Source: Eledone cirrhosa (taxonomy: Eukaryota). Taken from it: a DNA stretch of 64,000 nt. Location: the NCBI GenBank assembly GCA_964016885.1, contig OZ024740.1, positions 314,402,001 through 314,466,000 of the forward strand, written 5' to 3'. The notes under the pieces were generated by a model, which saw only the letters and a program-made list of their open reading frames with translations, was not told the DNA's origin and ran no database searches. Shown piece after piece: positions 54,581-64,000 of the stretch. How positions within the stretch are numbered: the first letter of the stretch is position 1; every line of letters starts with the position of its first letter. The position numbers were made by a program, and so were the translations under genes.

Positions 54581-54712
54581 TAGGAAAAGAGTCGTGACCC
54601 CGACGGCTGAGCTCCGGCCGTTTCGATAGCTAGATCCGAACTGTTGGGATCTAGCTGTCGATACGGCCGGAACGGCCGGAGCTCAGCCGTAGGGGTCCTG
54701 ACTCTTTTCCTA
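54581..54712. mobile_element. Palindromic MITE-like element in TA context
   Basis: TAGGAAAAGAGTC...GATCC / GGATC...GACTCTTTTCCTA. A related half copy lies at ~5170-5216. Confidence 0.75.
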
Positions 54713-55244
54713 TTACCCACTCTACTACCCTACGTATCGAGTACTCTGGTGCGTTAATATCCATCTGGTATATTACCACACTTTCTTTGTTATATAATAT
54801 ATATATCAGTTTAAATGCGCTGATCACACAACCACACAACCATATTAAGGCAAATAATATTTCAAAGCTCAAATGTGATTTACAGTCCACATCAAGTTAG
54901 ATAAAAGACAGTTCAGAGTTTAATCCAATCGGGAAATATCCAATCACAGTAGTTTTACAATATCATATATATAGTTGAGGCACTTTAGATAGCTTTTCAT
55001 CTATATTTGTGTAATTCGCCTAAAAGCATAACTTGTCTCTACCAGTTTTGTTATTTCCCAATGGCACTACCAAAAACCGTAGTGATTTCCAGTGGATGAC
55101 TGAGATGGGACTGTCCGTCTTTCTGTTGTTTTTATCATTGTATTTATCTTGTGCGCTTCCAATTTATTTAACTTTGCTGTATATATATGTATATTATTCA
55201 AAATATTAATAAATGAAGGATATTCACATAATTAAAGTATATGC

Positions 55245-55306
55245 TTTATTATATATATTTCAAAGGTACTGTGTTGTTTTTTCAGTACGTCTTCATCAGA
55301 TAAAAT
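55245..55306 (-). ncRNA. Minimal type I hammerhead motif (TATATA family, third copy)
   Basis: Minus strand TTTAT-CTGATGA-AGAcGTACTG..CAGTACcTTT-GAAA-TATATA-TA-ATAAA. Confidence 0.7.
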
Positions 55307-55657
55307 ATATGATTTGATATATGACATACCGCTACGGTCTTGATTATACAATTCCAGTATTGGCAGTGATTTATTTCATCAGATGTCAATGTTTATATAC
55401 CACAAATAATGTGTATGTGTGTGTATGTATGTATATATATGCGTGTGTGTATGTATGTATATATATATGTGTGTGTATGTACATATATATATATATATAA
55501 ACATACATATATATAAGTTTATCCCGGGTTCAATCGGGGGGTAACAACAGTAAGTAAGTTACTCAATACAAAGCAGAGTATAAATATAGAAAAGGCTTCC
55601 TGGCAATTTCTCCCGAATGAAACAATTCTAGTCCTGTAGAAGCCTTTTCTATATTAA

Positions 55658-55898
<241 letters not shown>

Positions 55899-56056
55899 TT
55901 AAGATTTAGCCTCGTGCATAGCTGTATACAGATATGTATTGAAATTTCGTATTTCTAAAGAAATACGGTATGTTTATAAATAAACATTTAGAAAGCCGTA
56001 ACTATGCAAAACACCGCGGCTATCACCTTCTAGTGGTGTCCAGCAGAAGAAAGGGG

Positions 56057-56111
56057 GACAATCGTCGATGCATCTCGAATTTAACTGGTCCTCATCAGGA
56101 CGATCTCTGTC
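56057..56111 (-). ncRNA. Hammerhead-like motif with GAGA in place of GAAA (probably inactive)
   Basis: Minus strand ATCGTC-CTGATGA-GGAccagttaaaTTC-GAGA-TGCA-TC-GACGAT. Confidence 0.6.
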
Positions 56112-56659
56112 ACTCTTGCGACTGCTGGACTTGAAAACATATATATGTATTCTTCTTTATTATAAGAATTTCTTTTCTTGGAATTGTAACATTGACGTGT
56201 AATTAATTTCCTTATGTGTGTGTGTATGTGTGTATGAGTATATGTGTGTGAGACAGACAAACACAGGTAACTTCAATAAACGGGCAGATATACAAAGAGA
56301 TGAGAATTGTTTCCCTGTTCATTTCTTGTAATAAACATTAGTGGTTTCGTCTGGAGATGGAAATCATATCGTAGATTCTGCTAACCAATATCGTACCGCA
56401 ACAGCACGGCAAATAACACTATCTTTATTCACGTATATCCATATATACACCCACTTTTATACAGACTCGCTGTTGTTTTATTAGGAAGAAGTCATCAAGT
56501 CAAATGTTGACATCGTCTTTACCTACAGACTATTATGTGTAGTTTTGCTCGTCAATCACACACATATGCATATATATATATATATATATATAAACATACA
56601 TACACTTATGCATATACATACATATAGCCAAGCAGACAGATGGACAGATAGACAGATGT

Positions 56660-56742
<83 letters not shown>

Positions 56743-56961
56743 GATTACATAAGAACTTCCATGTACGATAAACAATTTCGTGTTCATATTGGTTGCTGTT
56801 TATTAAGTTTGTTTTATAATTTGTTTCCTGTCTCTATTTTTAGAGATCTACATTTCTGTTTCGTTGATAATAACTCTTTCTTTTCACACACTTATCCTTT
56901 GACACAGGATTAATTCTAAGGCAACAACTTGCACACATACAGATATGCCTGCAGATACAAC

Positions 56962-57039
<78 letters not shown>

Positions 57040-58110
57040 TCTTTATTTACCACAAGGGCGTACAAGAAGTGGGACATTACAAGACTTGACGGCTTGGGTT
57101 TTACATAAAAATCGTATAAACTTTAACATTAATAAATTACAATAAACTACCGTATTTTCCGGCGCTGAAGACGCTTCGTCCTCGAGGATGCACCTTAATT
57201 TTGCCAACCAAACATTTGAAAAAAAATAATAAACAACCTTCGGCCTCCAGGATTCATGGTAGATTTTTTAGACTTATTTTAGGGGTAAGTAGCGTCTTCG
57301 ACGCCGGGAAATACGGTATATATTAAGATAAAATAACAATCGAAATCCCCAATAGGATGGAATGTTACTGCGGGGTTGTTTTACACCCCGTAGATAGAAC
57401 ACCCCTCAACACCAGGAGCACGTTTTGTAGGTGTTCTCGTCTTCCCTCAACCTACAGGTTTATATACAGAGAAGGCCCATTCACTCGGGACAATTTCGCC
57501 AAATTTACCCACCTTTAAGCGAATTTACTGGAACGCAGCACCTCTCTCTCCACTCTCACCTTCCTTCTGAAGTGGTATTTAAAGAAGATGAGTTGTCCGG
57601 AGAGGAAGGTGTTTGCCCCTCAGTATTTTCAACCTCGTCCACCATATTACCTCTTTCGACATAGCCACCAGACAGGAAAACCGCCTCTCCTTCATTCTTA
57701 AATGAAGGCGACGGGGTGACACACGTAACAGTAGCTGTTCGACATAATTCCACAGGTCGGTCACCCCAGGGCACTGAACAATTGCGTGCAGAACGGTTTC
57801 AATGTCCTACTCGCAGGACAGGTCCTTTTGGCAGGATCTCTGACAGGGCGTCCGTGACGGTAGATTTTGTCTCGAACTGGTAGAGCTCCTCGATAGCACT
57901 ACCAGGCCAGAGACCTCTGGAAGTTATACATAGGCCCTGGACGGAAATTCCTCCCGAACAGACTGGTCAGTTCGTCCTCCTCGATGTCTAGAGTTTCCCC
58001 GAGAATGTCGTCGCACTTATCCTCCACTAATCCCCTATAGAATGTCGAAGTAGAGTCTCCGCTGATTGCCGTTTCAGCTTGGTAGAGGACTGTGAACGCC
58101 TGAAGGCACT
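57040..58110 (-). mobile_element. Degraded Tx1-clade LINE 3' end between (GATA)n tracts, interrupted by a MITE
   Basis: Homologous to 25033-25970. The 3' end AATAAAGATATC runs into (TATC)n. Confidence 0.85.
57148..57319. mobile_element. pogo/Tigger-like MITE with TA TSD
   Basis: TA|CCGTATTTTCCGGCGCTGAAGACGC ... GCGTCTTCGACGCCGGGAAATACGG|TA. Confidence 0.8.
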
Positions 58111-58276
58111 CAAGATAGATAGATAGATAGGTAGGTAGGTAGGTAGGTAGGTAGGTAGGTAGGTAGGTAGGTAGGTAGGTAGGTAGGTAAAGACAGATAA
58201 AACGATTGAAATATTTGCAGTGATTGATGAATGTGTGCCCCGCAAGATTTATTCACACACACACACACACACATAT

Positions 58277-58383
<107 letters not shown>

Positions 58384-58744
58384 ATGTTTCTCCCATACCT
58401 GGGACAATACTGCTCCCATACCTGGGACAGAGCTGCTGCTACACATACAAACACCCTAGACAGCATATAGAAAAACACCATTCGTTTCATTGGCATAGTC
58501 ACATTTGTGTAACAGGTATTTGGAGGGGATTTCTTGGCCGTAGCTTGCATACATGGCGTTGTCGGAACCCTATACCAAGCTTTAGAAATGGTTTATCCCC
58601 GCTATGGTGTGAGCTTCTCATTTCAAGTACCCATGTACAACCTTCTCAATGATCTAGTCATTTTCCTGTCCCTTCTCAAGTTAAATGGCTATCTGAATAC
58701 TGATGTTATTTTCATGCTCAAGCGAGATAGTAGTTGACTTTTCT

Positions 58745-59210
58745 TTCTACTAATGATGTTTATATAGATTTAAGGTTACGGTTACCCTCCTTCCGTGTGA
58801 AATATATTCCGTTCACATCACCATTGATGCTGAAATTCACAATAACACTGAGCAGTTTATGAGTTCTTATATTATTCTCATTTAGTTCTTGTGGTTGCAA
58901 GTTCAGAAGGTCAAGTATAGGTATTACTGTAGACATTGTAAAGATGCTATGAACAACATGTTTGTTGTAGGCCAAGAGCTCAGACCATATTTTCTTTACT
59001 CTCTTCAAAGTGTTCATTCCTTACCCTTTCCTCATTAATGGGTCCGCCATACTTTCCATTCTCATCCTGCCCAGTATACATGTACTTCTTACCTGACTAT
59101 AAAGGTTGTATTGTCAAGTCGTTCTCGTGCTGTTTCTAAAGGAAGTTACACATTTTCTGTTTTACCTCCATAAATGCACACTTGAATTCAACAAACATCA
59201 TCTCAAAACC
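58745..59210 (-). pseudogene. Degraded RT C-terminal fragment of an R4/Dong-like LINE
   Basis: Remnants resembling YKYLG, then RVKKIWSELLAYNK and YFTRKEGNRNL. Confidence 0.6.
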
Positions 59211-59513
59211 TGAAAAAACTGATAATGAACTGATAATTGTTGTTCGGCTGATTAGCGGTCATATTGGCGCAATCTTGTTTAATCTATTGCTTATTATATC
59301 GATCTCAATTCACCGAAGTAATAGAAAAGAGTGTGGGAATGAAAAGGAGAGAGAATGAATGAATGAAAGATAGATAGCAGTACCCGTTTGTGTACGTGTG
59401 CAGGTGTTTGTATGGAAGCGTGTATGTATGTATGTATGTATGTATGTATGTATGTATGTATGTATGTATGTATGTATGTATGTACGTACGTATGTATGTA
59501 TGCATATATGTAG

Positions 59514-60310
59514 GTGAGCAAAGGCACTGTACAAAGCCAGTCCCACTCTCTTAACCAAGATGATATTTACCAAAAAGAAGAACAAGTCAACATCATTGGA
59601 CACCATCAGAGTTTTCCTTCTCCTAGAATTCTGCCTTTGCTCACTATAAAAGCTTCACGGCACAGGCATTGCTTTATATCTGGAGATCTCTCTGCACTTG
59701 TCGTCACATGGTACCATGGGCCCAGCACTATGTGTCAATAATTGTCACAAGTGTAGTGTTTGTACCAGAGTTTTCAAGTCGCTGGCTGGACTAAAAAGTC
59801 ACACTCGTTCAGCGCATCGGTAGGGGTTCTCCTACATGGATATAAAGTAGTGGCCGTACTCGAAAACGAGTTGGCAGCCACCATATATGTAGGTATGTAT
59901 GTATGTATGTCAGGTTGCTTTCGAATGTTACTGGTAACATGTAACCCAGTACAACCTGTCTCATGGTGGGGTCGTCGGCGACTAAACCGGCATCCCCACC
60001 AAGCTTGTTTGGTGAGGAGGGTGATATTTGGACACCTTGCGGGATGAAATACAAGACCCGTCAAAGGGCGGAGGAACTCGGCAGAGTCAACGGCCATCCA
60101 AATAGTACTTTATTTTTTTTTTTTTTTTTTTTTTTACACCTGTCTAGGAGATGGAAACTCTGAAAAAAACCCTGCGGCTTCGGAAGCATCCGATGATGTT
60201 AACCAGTTCTCCTTTTCGGGTAGTGTTTTCGATGCTCTGAGAGTTGGATTGGTCGAGTGCAAGGCCTTTCCCCACTTTAAAAAACCTTCAAAGCACAGGC
60301 ATTGCTTGTT
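59514..60310 (-). repeat. Rearranged copies of the (TACA)n-associated ~610-bp repeat
   Basis: 59633-59883 is the reverse complement of 11405-11680, 59908-60310 is a diverged 3' half, and 59514-59635 is a forward piece. Confidence 0.85.
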
Positions 60311-60999
60311 CAGGATATGTTACAGGTTTGTGTGGCTGGCCGTAGCTTAAAAGTGCAAAAGACTTCTACACAACCTTCTGGGCCCGAGATTTTTGCCCTC
60401 ACCCTTTCCTAGAAAATTGACATGCGTTAATATTACTGGTATTATCGAATGAAAGAAATAATAGGACGCTGGTTTAAATACCAGATTAGATCTAGTTTTA
60501 TCCCATTCTGAGTGTTAACCCTCGCTATAGTTGACTTTGCCTTTCTTCTGTAAGTGAGTTTTTCACTTGGTATGTCTTTAGGAAGGGGTAGAGCTAAACA
60601 GATCCACCGAGACCGGAGAGATCGATACCGTTATGTTCGATTTAAATTGTTTGCCATCTTCCTCTCTTGGGGAAAAACATGAGCAAGGAGCAAGTTCCAG
60701 ATAGCCAACGTTCTGGGCTGTAAGGAGAGTCCATGATGGTTAGTGCGGAATGTGAGGATGTGACACCACACGGGAGATGAAAGGAAGAAAAACGGTTTAA
60801 GGCCCAACCAAGTAGAGTTTGCATAATCCATGATTAATTTTGTGCTCTATTGCTGTGGGTACTTTCACTGTGTTTGTGCACCGTTTTACTTTATTGTGTG
60901 ATGTGAATGTTTGAAGGTGTTGGGTATAACCTTTTCTTGTTTCGTTTTTTTTTTGTTTTTGTTTTTTTGTGAATACAGTACAGGGTCGGCTGAATAGTT

Positions 61000-63891
61000 T
61001 GTAGAAGATCACGCCACCTAGCTTTGACTTTGGAGGCAGTCGATTAACTGCCCTTAGTTCTGACGTCAGCAGCTGAATATACTGGCTTTTTTTCAACTTT
61101 GTATGTGGATGCGAGCAGACGCGTTTCACGGTGGCGAAACAGCGATATCACACCATGCGGTCACGGGATAATAGAACACCGCCACTTAATGATAATTACG
61201 AATTACCAATCAAGGAGCAGCTGATATGATAACCTGTTTTGTTTATTGCTCTGATTAAAATGCTCATGTACATATAATCTCGAGGTATGTTCTTTTTGCT
61301 TAATTGTTTACCTACACCTAACAACAAATAGAAGAGATGTTCTACCAGCCAAGCTAGGGAAACGAACTTCCCTCTAAATCGTAAAACAACGCAGCCTTCT
61401 AAAATGATGACCACCTCTCCTAAAGTGCTGACCTCCCTCGACGAGTTCAGGCTATAGAGGATTTGCCTCCGCCGACCTCACTTCGTCAGTTGCGACAATT
61501 CCTAGGACTGATAAATTTCTATAGACGTTTTGTTCCGCATTGTGCTAATCTACTCTTCTCTCTTACTGAGATTCTGAAAAATTGCCGCAAGAAAAATAAG
61601 GACATCTCTTTGACTCAGACTCAGCTCGAGGATTTTCAAAAAGCCAAATCAGCATTGGCTAGTGCATCTTTGCTGGCCCACCCAGTGACCAATGCCAAGC
61701 TTTCTCTGTGTGTTGATGCGTCGGATACTGCAGTGGGTGCAGTCTTACAACAGAGTAGTGATGATCACCAACAACCATTGGAATTTTTCTCCAGGAAGCT
61801 GAAGCCTGCAGAAACTCGCTACAGCATCTTTGGCCGGGAGCTGTTAGCCATCTACCTTTCCGTGAAACATTTTTCACATATGTTCGAAGGAAGGTGTTTT
61901 ACAATCTATACTGACCATAAACCTTTGACCTTCGCTTTAAGGGCAAAGTCCGACAAGTACTCGCCCAGAGAAACAAGGCATCTCGACTTTATCTCGCAAT
62001 TCACAAACGACATCCAACACATTCCAGGCTCATTGGACACAGCGGCTGACGCTATGTCTCGATTGCCGATCAGTTCAATTGCGTCATCCTACAACATCGA
62101 TTTAAATCACTTGGCAGCAAACCAACCTGCACTGGAATCGTTGGATATTACATCAGCCGAATTTGCGACAAGTAATTTGAAATACCTGCCATTGCCCACC
62201 GCAGATGGACAGATTCTCTGCGACGTTTCTGTGGATTCACCGAGACCATTCGTCCCGCTAAACCATCGTCGTACTGTGTTTCTTGCTTTACACAGCATTT
62301 CCCACCCAGGATCTTCTGCCACAGTAAAGCTCATAACAACCAGCTTCTTCTGGCCAAATATAGGCGCGATATTACTGCTTGGTGCCGTTCCTGCATCGCT
62401 TGCCAGAAATCGAAAATCCATAAACACGTTAAGGCTCTGCTCGGTACTTTCAGTACACCGGACGCCCGTTTCCGGCACATTCATGTGGACATCGTGGGAC
62501 CTTGGCCAGTCAGTGGTGGTCATACTTATCTATTGACTGTTATTGATCGTTTTTCGCGATGGCCTGAAGCCATCCCCTTGAAAGACATCAGTGCTGAAAC
62601 GACAGCGCGTGTCCTAGTATTAGGATGGATTGCCCGCTTTGGAGTGCCTACCACGATTACAACGGACCGTGGAAGACGGTTCAAATCGAATCTCTTCTCC
62701 GAATTGACGAAGATCATTGGCGCTAAACGCATCCGAACGACTGCATATCATCCTGCATCTAATGGAATGGTGGAGCGCTTCCACCGACAATTAAAAGCCG
62801 CTCTACGGACTTCTCCTGACTCTACGCGTTGGAGCGAGTACCTCCCTATTGTGTTGTTGGGGATTCGGTCATCAATAAAGGAAGGACCTTGGGTTCTCCA
62901 CGGCGGAATTATTGTATGGTGCTCCTCTAGCGTTACCTTGGCAAATGCTTGCCCCTGTCGATCTTGCTGCACAAGATCCGCTTTCCTACGTATCCCGTCT
63001 GCGTTCTTATTTTCAGGACCTGCCGCCGATGGATACGAGGAAGCAAACTGTAAAATCTGCAGTCCCTAGGGATATTGCCTCGTGGACCCATGTGTTCGTA
63101 AGAAACGATGCGGTGAGACCACCTCTCACACAACCGTACTCTGGACCCTACCATGTACTAGCTCGTTCTGATAAACATTTCACTGTAGACATTAAGGGAT
63201 CCAGAGAGACCATTGCGGTTGATAGACTTAAACGGGCCCACACAGATGCTCACACACCTGAGCTACATACACCCCCATCTTTCTCTTTTGCACACACACC
63301 TGTTCTTGCATGCTTGTTTAATGTTTTTTGAAATTTGTGGTGCCCTTGGTTTGGGGTTTTTGTTAGTTGCTCATCGTTTTTCTACATACATGGTAAGATG
63401 AACCGATTTTTATTTCTTTTTTTAAAAATCTGGTGGGGGGGGGGGGGGGGGTCATGTAGAAGATCATGTCACCTAGCTTTGACTTTGGAGGCAGTCGATT
63501 AACTGTCCTTAGTTCTGACGTCACGTTCTGACGTTAGTAGCTGAATATACTGGCTTTTTTCAACTTTGTATGTGGATGCGAGCAGACGCGTTTCACGGTG
63601 GCGAAACAGCGATATCACACCATGCGGTCACAGGATAATTGAACACCGCCACTTAATGATAATTACGAATTACTAATCATGGAGCAGCTGATATGATAAC
63701 CTGTTTTGTTTATTGCTCTGATTAAAATGCTCATGTACATATAATCTCGAGGTATGTTCTTTTTGCTTAATTGTTTACCTACACCTAACAACAAATAGAA
63801 GAGATGTTCTACCAGCCAAGCTAGGGAAACGAACTCCCCTCTAAATCGTAAAACAACGCAGCCTTCTAAAATGGTGACCATCTCTCCTAAA
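61000..63891 (+). mobile_element. Ty3/Gypsy LTR retrotransposon with both LTRs, lacking gag-PR-RT
   Basis: LTRs at 61000-61424 and 63455-63891, 4-bp TSD AGTT, G-run PPT at ~63432-63451. RH-IN ORFs 61463..63331 are frameshifted. Confidence 0.93.
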
Positions 63892-63960
63892 AGTTCATAG
63901 GCTGACCAAGATACTCTCATGGAATGACCAAATGAGGTTTATTTTTCAACATAGTCTCTG
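63892..63960 (+). mobile_element. Mariner-like terminal sequence split by the Gypsy insertion (left part 60979-60999)
   Basis: The rejoined empty site TACAGGGTCGGCTGAATAGTTCATAGGCTGACC resembles 7062-7095 TACGAGGGCTGGCTGAAAAGTCAATAGGCT. Confidence 0.6.
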
Positions 63961-64000
63961 AACTATGCAGTTAATAATAATAAGTTTTGAAATTAATACA

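Noticed and set aside
59905-60030. Twister or HDV-like fold at the other end of the same repeat (GACTAA, CCAAGC, GAGGAGGG)
   Set aside because: The required pairings do not covary between copies and the twister L1 UAA is not in position.
61115-61150. GAAACGCGTC on the minus strand of the Gypsy LTR as a hammerhead
   Set aside because: No upstream CTGANGA.

Overview
Repeat-dense, AT-rich eukaryotic (animal) genomic DNA with long (TA)n, (CA)n, (TACA)n, (GATA)n and (TTA)n tracts. Composition and SINE content suggest a mollusc, probably an octopod cephalopod (inference). The only convincing host gene is a two-coding-exon class A GPCR on the minus strand, join(14029..13755, 8549..7622), 400 aa. 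Most other ORFs in the track are microsatellite artefacts or transposon fragments. Mobile DNA includes four or five Tx1/L1-clade LINE pieces abutting microsatellites, R4/Dong-like and RTE LINE fragments, two related Ty3/Gypsy LTR elements, a mariner relic, Helitron ends, a Penelope GIY-YIG fragment, several MITEs and at least three tRNA-derived SINE families. The most notable non-coding signal is a set of minimal type I hammerhead ribozyme motifs. An apparently identical 3.4 x 310-bp tandem array (22101-23141) carries one hammerhead per unit, a retrozyme-like layout. Several dispersed, TA-embedded and partly palindromic elements carry other hammerhead families. Coordinates of degenerate repeats are approximate, read by eye, and no database search was run.
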